Assembly (NCBI RefSeq): GCF_036321535.1
Contig: NC_087436.1
Location: 45,138,001-45,202,000 of the forward strand
Direction: 5' to 3'
Source: Camelus dromedarius
Lineage: Eukaryota
DNA: 64,000 bases
In this document: one piece after another, positions 1-11,680 of the stretch
How the letters are laid out: each line of letters begins with the position of its first letter
Numbering within the stretch: the stretch's first letter is position 1
Notes under the pieces: model-generated
Told to the model about the DNA's origin: nothing
Databases searched by the model: none
Seen by the model: the letters and a program-made list of their open reading frames with translations, nothing else
Made by a program: the position numbers and the translations under genes

Positions 1-49
1 TGAAAACATCTTGCCATCAATGAAAATCCAAATCTGGAAAATAAAACAT

Positions 50-215
50 GAAACTTTAGAGCTGGAGAAATTCTTGGGCATAATCCAGTACAGCTCCCTC
101 ACCAACGGAAAGAGTTATCCTGCAATGTTAGCTTTGCTTAAAGTCATACTGCTAGTGACAATCAGGACAGGAACTAGAACCCAGATTTCTTGGGGCTAAG
201 TCTTTGTTGTTTGTA
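50..215 (-). mobile_element. MIR-family SINE fragment
   Basis: AAAGTCATACTGCTAGTGAC...GGAACTAGAACCCAGATTTC resembles the reverse complement of the MIR core/head (aaggtcacacagctagt...gaacccagg). Confidence 0.6.
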
Positions 216-671
216 CCACAACTTGCTGCTTCCTAACACCTGTGGAGAGTAAGTGATGGAGCAGATATTATTCTTATACTAAGAGGATTCTTCTGATGTA
301 TTTTCTTTCTTTCTTTCTCTCTCTCTCTCCCTACTTTTTTTTTTTTTTAGATATTGTCCTTCAATAAAGAGTTTTATTATTGCATTTATGATGTGCTTCA
401 ACTTATAAAAATTAATGTTATTTACAGCATTTCCTTTTATAAGCTGGTAAGACCCATTTTATATGGGATTGATGCTAGAGAATGGGGCCCCTGTGTAGCC
501 AGTCATGGGTTAACTACACAATTAATCACCATTTTCATGACACAAAGATAATGAAAAAAAAGAAATGCTTAGATTTGCCAAGTCACTATCAAGTTCACTT
601 CAGCTATCCACACCAAAGAGTTCTGAGGTTAAATGACAGACACTGTTTCACCTAGTATTTGTAATTGTCTA

Positions 672-982
672 CACAGTCCTCTTGGTATCCACAGGAAATT
701 GATTTCAGGACCCCCAAGGATATCAGAATCTGCAGATGCTCAAGTCCCTTATATAAAACGTCATAGTTTTTGCTTATAACCTACGTACATCCTTCTGTAT
801 ATTTTAAATCACCTTTTGATTACTTATAATACCTAATACAATGTCAATGCTATGTAAATAGTTGCCATCATATGTGGCAAATTCAAGTTTTGCTTTTGGG
901 AACTTTCTGGGATTCTTTTTCTTTTTAGAATTGGTTGTTTAAACCTAAGGATTCAAGATTTTCAGACATGGAGGGCCAACTG
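672..982 (+). mobile_element. MER2/Tigger-type non-autonomous DNA transposon (TcMar-Tigger)
   Basis: Starts CAGTCCTCTTGGTATCCACAGG...CAGGACCCCC, contains GATGCTCAAGTCCCTTATATAAAA and GATTACTTATAATACCTAATACAATG, ends ATGGAGGGCCAACTG (terminal inverted repeats); TA at 670-671. Confidence 0.85.
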
Positions 983-1995
983 GATACATACAATTCACAC
1001 GCTTTACTGGTTATATGTTTTCTCCACTAATGCTGGGTGAGTACCTTCTTGCTGTGTTACTGTGGGAACCCCAAAAAGCACTTCAGTGGCTACATGAGAT
1101 ATTTAAATGAAAACAAGGCTTAACCCTTATACCCCAAATTTCTCAGCCCTACTCTGATCCCACCCTTCCCACTGGTAAAATATATATAGTTTTAAACTGA
1201 GCTATATATACTTATTTCAAATTTCCTTTTACACTGCTATCATCTTATTCTTAAGCTCCCTTTCTCAATATCTCACACTGACAATTAATTTGAAACATAT
1301 TCAAATTGATGATGTGTAAAAACACAAGACACAGGCTGCTCTTTCTCCAGAGAAGATAAAACTTAAGAGTTAGTTGACAAATACGAGAAATCAAGAAATA
1401 TTAAGCAAAAAAACACTGTCACTTTTCCTATCAGCATTTAAATAGTACTGCAGTATATGGATTTGTTGGTTTAGGTGTTTTGTTTTGTTCTGTTTTGTTG
1501 AGGGGGGAGGCAAGAGGATTGGCTTATTTTACTTGTAACTGGTATTTTAAATAATTAATTAATTGAAAAATAAATATGATCCTTTCTTTTAACCAAGTGA
1601 CTTGGCCATATCCTGTTTTGTGAAATAGATGCTTCCTCCTTTGTTTTACAGACACTGTAGTATCATGTTGAAGCTTAGTATGTCAGGAAGACAAAAGTCA
1701 CTTCACGAATATCTACAACTTATGTCTGACTTGGTTAGAATTCTATACCAAGAGTTTTTTCAAATGATCTAGCTATGGTCCTGACCTTGCTTGAACAAGG
1801 CATAGACTCCATATAGAGCAACAGGGAATAGCCACTCACTCACGTTCCTAGATTCACAATCACTTTAGCTGAAAAGTGGAGTTACCTACCTTGGCTTATT
1901 TACTGAAAATTTTTAATCTAAATTCTCTAAAAGGTCATTTGTAGTAAAAATCTTAAATTACATTACATTGGAATTCACAGTGACTAGTCATCTAT

Positions 1996-2139
1996 GTTTT
2001 ATTTTTTAATTGGGGGAGGGCAAATAATCAGGGGTTTATTTATTTATTTATTTTTTTACTTCAATGGAGGCACTGGGGACTGAACCCAGGACCTCATGTA
2101 TGCTAAGCAGGTACTGTACCACTGAGCTATATCCTCCCC
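1996..2139 (-). mobile_element. tRNA-derived SINE, camelid Vic-1-like
   Basis: Reverse complement reads GGGGAGGATATAGCTCAGTGGTACAGTAC...GAGGTCCTGGGTTCAGTCCCCAGTGCCTCCATT (Pol III A and B boxes) followed by a (TAAA)n tail. Confidence 0.85.
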
Positions 2140-2329
2140 CCAAGTCATTTATGTTGATAATTGAAAAACAACACATAGCAGATATGGCCTTGTTCACATG
2201 GAGCATAAATTTCGGTGGGGAATTATCATCACAGGCAGATAAACAAATGAATAAAGAAAACGACTGCAGATTGATGAAGTTAATACAAAAATTAATGGCT
2301 TTAAACGAGAGAATAACATGATTCTATTT

Positions 2330-2960
2330 GCTTTCTTAGAAATCACTCTGGCTTCTTGAAGAATGAAATGGAAAATGAAAATGAAGCAAGAAATTAGAAA
2401 GATCTGTTTCAGGGTGATCTCAAAAGACAGGAAGATGAGCTGACGAATTTGTGATATATTATAGAAGTTGAGGAGACAGAACCTTCTGATGGATTGAATG
2501 TGAATAATACAGGGACACCTTATCAAGAATGGTACCCAAGATTTTAGCTGTGACTCTATTCAGTGCTAGTATCATTCACTGAGAAAAGGATCAAGAAAGA
2601 AACACAGATTATGGGGAAATGTAGCAAATTCTATTCTGGATAGAATAATCTGAAATTTCCTGTGGAACATCATAATAAAAGTGATAACTAAGTGTTTAAA
2701 TATAAGAGTCTCAATTTCAGCAGCAAATCCTGGGTTAGAGATGGAATATAGAAAGTCATCAATGTATCATGACAATGAAGCCATAGGAGTAGATCCAACT
2801 GATTAGGGAGAAACATGCAAATGAAGAGAGAAATGATGCTAAGTCAAAACATCACTAAAGACTCACCAAGAAAAGAAAACACGCAAGACACTGAGAAGAA
2901 GTAGCTAGAGGATTCAGAAAGAAAACCAGATTTCTGGATTAAGGGTCTAGAGTATGTGTG
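2330..2960 (-). mobile_element. L2 LINE fragment
   Basis: Purine-rich + strand with degenerate L2 motifs (AGAAATCACTCTGGCT, CCCAAGATTTTAGC, GAAGCCATAGGAGTAGAT, GAGACTGAGAAG-like). Confidence 0.6.
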
Positions 2961-3039
2961 CATTATTACTGATATGTGGAAGACAGAAGATTATTTATTG
3001 GGTGGTAAGGGATTGTAAATCCATAATTGTGTTAGCCAT

Positions 3040-3945
3040 GTCAAGCTTACAATGCCTGTGATTCCTCCAAACAGAGATATTCAAGAAAATAGTCTGAATA
3101 TTTGAGTCTGTACCTCAGAGAGAAGTCTGGAGAGAAGATGCAAATGTGAAAACTTCTAGCATATATGATATTTGAAGTCATTAAGTTAGGGGAGATCACT
3201 GTTGGGAGAAAGTATGGGGAAAAAATGAAGGTTGGATCAAGCCCTGTGGAGCTCCAACGTTTAGAGGTTGAATCAATAGAAAGAGTAAGAAGCCAGAAGA
3301 GTGTGACACCATGGATGCTAAGACAGAAAAATGTTTCCAGAAGAAGAAACTGATCAATGGTGCTGAATGCTGCCAGGAAGTTGAGTGAGATGAGAACAGA
3401 AATGTGCACACTGAATTTGGCCTGATCAGTTTCATTGACATGGTAGAGATGCACACCAGATTCGAGTGGCTCAAAAGCTGAATAGAAGGTGAGAAAGGGT
3501 AAGAGCACAGGTGGATTACTTTTTGAGTAACGTGGCCAGAGAGAGTGACAGAGAAATGAAGCCACAGATTGAGAGCTGAGGGAGGTAAGGGGTTAGTGGG
3601 GTTTTTTTTCTTTAAGAAGAAAAATATTATAGCATCTTTTATATTGATGAGAATAATGCAATAGAAAGAAAGATATTCACAATGTAAAAGATAAAGGAAG
3701 GACTGAAGTGTTTTAAAAGACCAGAAGGAATGAGATCCCAAGCAAAATTGGAGGGATTGTCCCTTGATGAAAGAATTAACTCTCTTTCTTTCCATATTTC
3801 TCTAAGAAAGAAAGAGATTCAGGTTATTTATAGATTTAGCAGTGAGAGTTCTCTGATGACTGTAATTTTTCTCAGTGATACATGAGATGGAGTCTTCTGC
3901 TGAGAACTGGGTAGGGAAGGGGGGAGAGGTAATGAGACCTCTGAG
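3040..3945 (-). mobile_element. L2 LINE ORF2 (reverse transcriptase) remnant
   Basis: Minus ORF 3047-3565 reads PLESGVHLYHVNET...SVLISLNFLAAFSTIDQFLLLETF, matching L2 RT (PLQSGFRPHHSTET...LDLSAAFDTVDH.LLL); a shifted frame gives GAPQG (RT GVPQG motif). Confidence 0.85.
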
Positions 3946-5349
3946 GAACAAGCAGACAGACAAAATAGTCATCGTGTAGAGTAGAAAAGTAAACTGAATA
4001 GTGTAACTAGGATTACAATTTTTGATATGTATTAATGTGCCTTTCTCTTGAATTTCCATGGACGTGACCATCTCTCTACTCAGCGGTATCCATCTACAAG
4101 GGAGAGTAAGTGCCAAGGGGCACAGGAGGGTGGAGATGAGGACAATTATAACAGGAATAGAAAGAAAGCAACAAATGTTCAGTTGAATCCCTAATAATAC
4201 CATAAGTTTGAAAAAACAGACTTTATCAAGAGAGAAAAAATTTTTTTAATTCCTTAAACTCTCAATAATGCATCAAAAGCCATTCTGGCTGATTTGATCA
4301 TCAAGTTTATTATCAGTAGAGAAACTCAAGATAGGGCACAGGAAAAGTCCCTGCCACATGAGGAGAAGAAGAGAAGCCCAGCTGATCCAGCCCTAGAAGA
4401 ATGTGGAAATGAGAAAGGGAAAAGGTAGAGCAAGGACTTTGTCTTTCCTCCCACTCCTCATGGGAACCCAATAGCGGCGGCTATAGGAACATTCTGATGG
4501 GTAGAGAGGCACTGGAGAACATTAGAGACAGCAGGCTGCTTCTCCAGGCAGAGCTTGGAGACACAAACCTCAGGCACAAGTCCCTCATTTGTCTCAGCAC
4601 CATGTCCAATTCACCTGGAATAAATTGCACACATATTACTACTGGTTTCTTAAAGCTCATGTGGAATATATGCAGATATAAAGATACTGAGAGGGCTGGT
4701 TGACCAGAAGACCCAGCACCATTAAAAAAGAGACTACAAAGCATGAGATCTGGGCAACCACATCATTAGCTAAGACTATAGATTTCACAAACAGATGCAC
4801 ACAGAATATCTCCAAAATGCCACAAGAGATCAGACACATCTCAATGGGTTCCAGTGCAAAGGGCCAAGGATCAATACAGATAAGACACCTCTCCAACCCA
4901 GCAAAGACAACAGGGATCTAGAATTTCAGTGAGTCTGAGGTCTTCTTGCCCTCTATCATAAAATCAGGTACGCTGCTTCATCTATCTAGAACCCATCATG
5001 AAAAGGAGCTAGAAAGAACGAAGAGATTTGAAAGACAAAGCACCTAAATGTTGTCCAAAGCAATGAAATCTGAAATTGAGATTCCATTCATTAAACTTTA
5101 TATCCAAGGTTCCCCTACCCAATATCTCATCTCCCCAATTTTTGCTTCTGCTACTGAGACCTGGGAGGGGGAGATGACATCTGTTACAGAAAATAAATAT
5201 TCACTTTTTTTTCTCAAATCAGAGCAATGGTGTTTAATATTTGGACCCAACAGTAAGAGGAAAAAAATCAAAGAATTTCTGGACTGTGTTCGAGCCCATT
5301 TGAAGTTGATGATCAAGAGTTTAAAACTGAATAAGTCAGCTTTACTGTG

Positions 5350-5665
5350 AATTTTTTTCCCCCAGTTTCAAGGGAATGGTTGGGTTCAATCAGGGTTGAG
5401 TCTTAGCCAGTCAAATGTGAAGAAGGAAAAGAGGAGCAAGGGAGTTTAGGGCATTAGCAAGGGAGTGATAATAATGATGGACCATGACATTATGCTGGAC
5501 AAGAAAGGAAATGAAGACGGGGGAACTGATGGATAGGGCATGTAGGGTCGATGGGCTGGAGGTCTCCATGACATTGAAGAATTGTTACAACGGGTGTACT
5601 AGAGCAATTGAGCTGGGAAAATAAGTGGTGGGAGTCAAAGAAGGGGATATTTAAAGATTTTAAAG
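5350..5665 (-). mobile_element. L2 LINE fragment
   Basis: Purine-rich L2-like motifs (GTAGGGTCGATGGGCTGGAGGTC, GAGCTGGGAAAATAAGTGGTGGGAGTCAAAG). Confidence 0.55.
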
Positions 5666-7774
5666 GCAGTGGTGACATCATTCACAGTATCTTATAGGTG
5701 TACAACTTACCAAGTACATTGACATGCACAATTGATGTATTCAACTATCTTTGCCTACAGAGAAAGAGAAATTTAGTGAAGTGATTACAAATTCAAAAAA
5801 TTAAGAGGGAAAATCTACATTTAAGTACACTTGGGAAATTTAGAAACAACCACGTAAATCCAAACACTAAAATACAAATCCATCATTTCTTTTCACTGAT
5901 ACACACTTCCTAAAAACCTAAACCACAATTTTTATTCAATTACTTAGCCGGCAATTTAGCTGATGAATTAGTGAAAGTTATTCCACTAGCTTGTTTACAT
6001 TTTAAAAAAATAGAATTGCTTTTGTTTTCTGTATTTTCAATTTAGACATCTTCATTGCAACTAAACCAAATTTAAAAATTTTGATCCAAATATCTAGATT
6101 TAAGGATATCAAATTGTATCCTTGCAATTTGCTTCCACTGAAGCACAATGATCAAACATTCTAATCTTCCCCATCTTGCCAACTGACCAGCAAAAATCAG
6201 TCGATCCCAGAAACAGACAGTAAGCCACCTCTGCAGACACTTTTTCTCCCTTTCAGTATCTGTTTCAGTTTCTGACAGTTTTTTCCATAACCCCACAAAA
6301 TGCAAACATTTCATTTTTGTAAAAAAGAAATCATTCTACACTATTTCTATACTTGAAATCTAAGACTTTCAGAAATTGATCAATAGAATAATTCTACATA
6401 CCCACTTTCAAAAGTAGAAATACTATTTGATGGCCAATTAAATCACCCATTAAAATGAGCAAAAATTAATGTAAAATTGTATTAATTCAAATTTTAAAAT
6501 GTTTTAGTTTGAAATATGTAGTGAAATGATGAAAACACTGTTTTTTTAACTATCATTAAATCAAAGGGTCACCCCGTGGAGGACAAAGGCCTGCTCTCTG
6601 GCCTTCTCAACTCTGCTAAGCCAGCCCGGTACTCAGAAATGATTTGAATTTGAATGCGCAGGACAGGCCACTCTGAAGTTCCCACAGTGCTCCCTACTCT
6701 TTGTTTTCAACCCAGTAACTCTGTTCCCTGCCGATAAATGATTTTTAATTGGTGGCCTGTGGTTTCAGTCAATCTCCGTGTTTCATACAGAGTCAGTTTA
6801 AATTGTATTGTTCTTATTTTCATTTTCCAAATTTTAAGCAATCTTAGCTTTTTACATTTAAGCTGCCTGTTTTCATATTAGAAGTGTCTACAATGCTTCA
6901 ATCTCTGCTAGACAACTGTTTGACCTGAATTCCGTAAGTAAGAACGTTATTGCCCAAAATTTGAGAAGACAAGATAATTTGTGTCTTCCAGTTTCAACCA
7001 CAAAGAAGTTAACCCATTTTTGCTAACATTTGAAAAAAATATACATGTATATGATTTTCTTAGATTCCAGTTCCTTGAGGCATCACTCAAACTTCACATG
7101 AGGTTCAGAGTGTAGTAATTAGCAGTAGGCTGCTTACATTTGCCAATATATTTGTACAAACATATGTTGGCACTCAGTTCCATATCAGCTACACATCAAA
7201 GGAGGGCGCTGAGGAGGAATTATTCCACCTCAGGGCTGGATTAGTGTCTCTGCCTGAAATAGGCCTCATTTAAGGCTATGGTTTGGGGGAAATTAAAGAA
7301 CTTGCATGGCCTGAGTACTGGAGTGAATCCATTAACAAAAAGCCGTGCTGAATATTTCTGCCATTCTTTTTCCGTTCCTGCTACGATGATCCTGGGGCAA
7401 GTTGTAAGCTCTTTTATCTTCAGTTTGCCAGTCTGCAAAAGGCAGACCATATAATTCTCTCCCAAACACCTCACCAGAGGATGGGCACATCAAGCATCCT
7501 CGTGTGCTGAAAGTCAGTGCTCCTTTCTGCTAACGTCCTTTTTCAGGCACTCGCAAGCCTTCCCATCGCCTCTCTCCACACCCTCCACACCTCCCTGCAA
7601 AGATTAAAGCCTGAGTCCCCAGCGCAGCCAAAACAAGAACCAAAGACAGAAAAATCTCCCTAATCTCACCACCTAAGAAAGGCTGGCTGTCTTTTCATTG
7701 CTGTGAATTTTAAAAGCACTACTGCCAAAATGAGTTCATATATTTTACGAGAAAACCAAATAATTGTAATAATC

Positions 7775-7970
7775 CTAGAGCTGACAATGCACAGAGTTCT
7801 GTTCGTGTTTCCCTGCATTCAGTCCTCCACAACAGCCCTTTAGGGTACAGACGGTTATCCTCATTTTGCATACAAGGCAACAGGACTCAACATTAAGTAA
7901 TTTACCCAGGGTCACACCACTAAGGCACAAAGCCAAAGTTTTAACTCAACTCTAACTCCAAAGTCAGGTA
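7775..7970 (-). mobile_element. MIR SINE
   Basis: TTATCCTCATTTTGCATACAAGGCAACAGGACTC...TTAAGTAATTTACCCAGGGTCACAC = reverse-strand MIR core. Confidence 0.75.
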
Positions 7971-8074
7971 ACTTAAGTGTTTTGCCAGAGCTGAGGATGG
8001 AGATAAAATCAGCACAAACTGATCAAGAAGAGACTGTCGATCAGTAACGTACCGAAGCCATTACTCCAAAGGGA

Positions 8075-8192
8075 AGAAAGCCAACTGTTACATTTTGAGA
8101 AATCTTGTGACAGTTATTAAAATTTTAAGCTATATAAATATGTAATTAAATAAATTACATTAAAAGCAAAGGTAAGAAATACTCAAAACTGT
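8075..8192 (+). mobile_element. MER63-like hAT-Blackjack DNA transposon fragment
   Basis: AATTAAATAAATTACATTAAAAGCAAAGGTAAGAAATACTCAAAACT matches the recalled MER63 5' region. Confidence 0.6.
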
Positions 8193-8307
8193 TTACGTGG
8201 CAAATGAATCCACACAATTTCAAAAAGACCTTCGAAGGGACAGGTAAGTCACACTCCCAAGAGATTTATGCTCAAAGTAAAACACTGGGAATGCAAATTT
8301 TAAAAGG

Positions 8308-8815
8308 CTACTATTTCAGTTATCTATTGCTGCCCAACAAAGCACCTCAAAACTTAGTGGATTAAACAATAACCATATGAATATACCTCATAATCTTTTG
8401 AGTTAGGAAATCCAGCAGGGGAAGCCTGGACGATCTGTCTGCTCAACATGTTGTCAATGGAGGCGTCAGGTGGGCTGTTCCGGATGGTCCAGGATGGCTT
8501 CACTCACACATCTGGTGCCTTGGCAGAAAAGCCTAGAAGGCCGGGCTCAGCTGGGACCGTTGACTGGAGCACTTGCACATGCCTCTCCATCACAGCTGTC
8601 TCAAGGTAGTTAAATTTGTTATATGAAATTCAAGACTACCAGAAAAATTGCTCCAAGAGAAAGGAAGTAGACGGTCTTAAGGCCTGGACCCTGAAGCTGC
8701 TACAGCATCTCCTCTGCTGTAGTAAAGCCACAAAGCCCGCCCAGATTCGACGGGAGGGGACCCACACCTGACCGCGTGGCAGAGGAGCATCAAATCACTT
8801 TTAATCTTTTACCAC
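8308..8815 (-). mobile_element. MLT1 (ERVL-MaLR) solo LTR
   Basis: CAGTTATCTATTGCTG...CAAAACTTAGTGG...GATGGCTTCACTCACACATCTGG...GCTGGGCTCAGCTGGGAC-like motifs. Confidence 0.8.
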
Positions 8816-8869
8816 CCAAATAGTCATTAAGTTTCTTTTATATATGTCATGTTTTAAGAATTATTATTA

Positions 8870-9068
8870 TTTAGAGATATTGCTGAAATATTAATAGATG
8901 AAATAATACAAGGTTGGGATGTAAGGAGAAGTGGAGCAGAGTAGAAATAAAATAATATTGGCCATAAGGTGATCATGTCCAAGCTGGACGAGGGCTAAAT
9001 GGAGCTTCATTGCCCTTTGCCCATTAGCATTTATATATGTTTGAACATCTCTGTAATTAAAAAAAAAA
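8870..9068 (+). mobile_element. Old L1 (L1ME-like) 3' end
   Basis: GAAATATTAATAGATGAAATAATA...ATATATGTTTGAACATCTCTGTAATT followed by an A-run. Confidence 0.55.
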
Positions 9069-9159
9069 TCTGTTTCAATGTCAACCAAGCAAAAAGCATC
9101 TGTTGCATACACCAAACACAGGGAAGACTTAGAGAGAATGCAAAAAATGCAGTTCTTTA

Positions 9160-10252
9160 AAAACTGGTCTGATCTGGGCTCCTTAGAGAAATGGCTGATT
9201 CTAGGACTGGAACAGGAAGTATACGAAAGGAGCCTGGAGTATCTTATAGTGCCAGAAAGTAAGGAAGTGCTCAAATAAAAACAGGAAAACAGAGATGGAG
9301 CATGTCAAAGGGACATAGGGACCACCTGAATGAGTTCCCAATGGCCAAAGGCAGAACATTTTAAGAAACAAAGTAGTATTGGGTTATAACCCAGAGTTGA
9401 AAATAAATATCTGTAAGTGTATACTGACGTAAGTAAGTAAGTAAATAAAGGGGGAGAATAAATAAATCTTCCAGCAGAAGAATTCCAAATAATTTATGTA
9501 GATGCTCCACCCTCAAGGAGGTGGAGCCTAGCTCCCCACTCCTGCGTCATCCCAGGACATGGAGAAAGCTATATAACTCGGGCCTAAACACCTGCAGTTT
9601 CTTAGTTTGTAATAATAATCTCCTTTAGATAAGCTGTGTTTAGTGACTTCCTCCCAAACAGGATAGTATGGAAAAGAGAAAAAAATCAGTCACTTTACAG
9701 TGGACCAGCCTGACCAAATCTACCTCAAGCAAGTGATCAAGGTTAATAGCAACACTGAGAAGTCATGTGGACGGTATGTACCCTTGATATTATGCCATGA
9801 AAGTGATACCCTTCCTCTGGAGTCATCATCCCCAAAACGCGTAGTCTCAGCCTAGTCGTAAGAAAAACATCAGACAAATCCCTGTTGAGGAACATTCTAC
9901 AAAATGTCTGACCAGTATTCCAGTATTCCTCAAAATTGTCGAGGTCATCAGAAACAAGAAAAGCCTTAAAAACTGTCACAGCCAAGAGGAGTCTAAGAAA
10001 ACATGATGACTAAATGTAATGTAGTATCCTGGATGGGATGGTGGAGAAAAAGACAATTAGGTAAAAACTTAGAAAATTGGAATATAGTAGAGAATTTAGC
10101 TAATGCTTCTGTGTTAATATTGGTTCATGAATTAAAACAAATACACTGTAAGATGTTAATAACAGGTAAAACAGGGTGTAGGACGTGTAAGAATTTTCTG
10201 TACTGTCTTTGCAATTTCCCTGTAAATCTAAAACTATCCTAAAATAAAGTTG
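9160..10252 (+). mobile_element. Old L1 (L1MC3/4-like) 3' UTR
   Basis: GAGAAATGGCTGATTCTAGG, GAAGAATTCCAAATAATTTATGTAGA, AAAACATCAGACAAATCC, ATGACTAAATGTAATGT, CTGTAAATCTAAAACTAT...AAATAAAG. Confidence 0.8.
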
Positions 10253-10767
10253 TTGGGTTTTTTTTTTTAACTATAAACTGCTCCTACAGCCTTGACAGAA
10301 ATCTGACAAGATCTAGAGCTTTGAAGTAGTTCCTCTAGTCCATTTGGAAGAGACTTGGAAGCAGCAACAGAAACCTGCACTTTAACCCACTCTAGCCTAC
10401 TGCCAAATCTGGTTATTAGATGAAAGAAGATAACATCAAGAGAGACACATCACTTAATGAAAGACCTAGCTTCTTTCCCTACCTAATATATTCCTTTTGT
10501 GGGTGCATTTCTGCCCTACAGCACAAAAAAATAAATAAATAAATAAAGAACCAAGATCTAATGCTGCCTGAAAGACAGCAGAGGTGTTGGGGATGGTGTC
10601 TATTACAAACTAAAGAATAATTGAGGGGTATAAAGAAATTTATCCATCTTCCAAAAATGTCAAAAAGGCAGGGAGTTTCATAGACCCCAAGAAAATCTGG
10701 ACTGACATCTTTTTTGGCATCCTGAAAAGAAATACTTTTTGTCAAGTATAAAGTTCCATTTTATATC

Positions 10768-10856
10768 TTTTTTTTTTTTTAATGGAGATACTGGGGATTG
10801 AACAGAGGACCACATGTTTGCTAAGCACATGGACTACCAGTGAGCTATTCCCATCC
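10768..10856 (-). mobile_element. tRNA-derived SINE, camelid Vic-1-like
   Basis: Reverse complement: GGGAATAGCTCACTGGTAG...GTGCTTAGCAAACATGTGGTCCTCTGTTCAATCCCCAGTATCTCCATT followed by poly(A). Confidence 0.8.
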
Positions 10857-10861
10857 TGCAA

Positions 10862-11680
10862 GATTCTCTTTGAAGAGGTCTTAACAATGTCACATTTCCA
10901 CTTAGCTAGGTCCACCTTGGAGTCAGCTCAGGTCTAGGAGGCAAGGTCAGGTAGTATACCTTCTTGTCCCTACAGTAGTCCTCACACTTGGAACATTTAA
11001 GTGTGCCACTAGCACAACAAGGTCAGTTCTTCTCACTCTTGCAATTGTGAAGAGAAAAGGCACTGGAAAGGCAGGGCATTCTTCCTCCTTACTGCACCTT
11101 TGATGAACAGCTGTAGACATTTCTGCAGACCATCCGATTGTGGCATCTAGCCAGAATAAACCTGCCCCTGGTGCTGAAATTATTTTTGGCCACCATTGAG
11201 AGGCATTCCAACTGCCAGTGGAGTCATCCCTCCGGTGGTCCAGGAGCAATCAACACCCAAGTCTAGTCCCAGGCTCACAGCTCAAAGATCACACCTCTCA
11301 AGGGCGCCGTAACCACTTGTGTGCCCTAATTGTGCATGGTAGTTTTGGTGTCCCCTTGAGAGCACAGCTCCAAATAACATCCCTCTGCTGCAGAGTGAAG
11401 CTGGAGCTTGCCTCCTGGTCCACTGGGCCTGGGGCTTGCACACCCGCTAGACTTGGAGGTTACAGAGTTTTCAGGTTCTCTCTGCATCATACCATGACTT
11501 AGATTGAGCTGTAGAACTCATCCCAAAACCCTTGTAATTCCTCTTAGTTAGTGATGATAAATTTCCCTAACACGTTGATCACCATGTCACCCACACCTGG
11601 GTGACAGTTGTACTTCCTCAGGAGCCCCATCACCCAGATATGGGTGGCGTTTTCCTTCATCCAATTATGCAGAATTTATT
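10862..11680 (-). pseudogene. Candidate processed pseudogene, parent gene not identified
   Basis: GC-richer island with codon-like, GC3-rich minus-strand frames broken by stops and frameshifts (from 11660: MKENATHIWVMGLLRKYNCHPGVGDMVINVLGKFIITN*EELQGFWDEFYSSI*VMV*CRENLKTL*); no evident introns; matches no repeat family I recall. Confidence 0.6.

Noticed and set aside
3047..3795. Overlapping 172-aa and 199-aa minus ORFs
   Set aside because: Degenerate L2 reverse transcriptase remnant with motifs split between frames.
4320..5180. Possible old LTR element
   Set aside because: Composition is LTR-like but I could not confirm a family or termini.
5670..6640. Possible hAT-type DNA transposon interior
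   Set aside because: AT-rich and suggestive, but I could not identify TIRs or transposase motifs.
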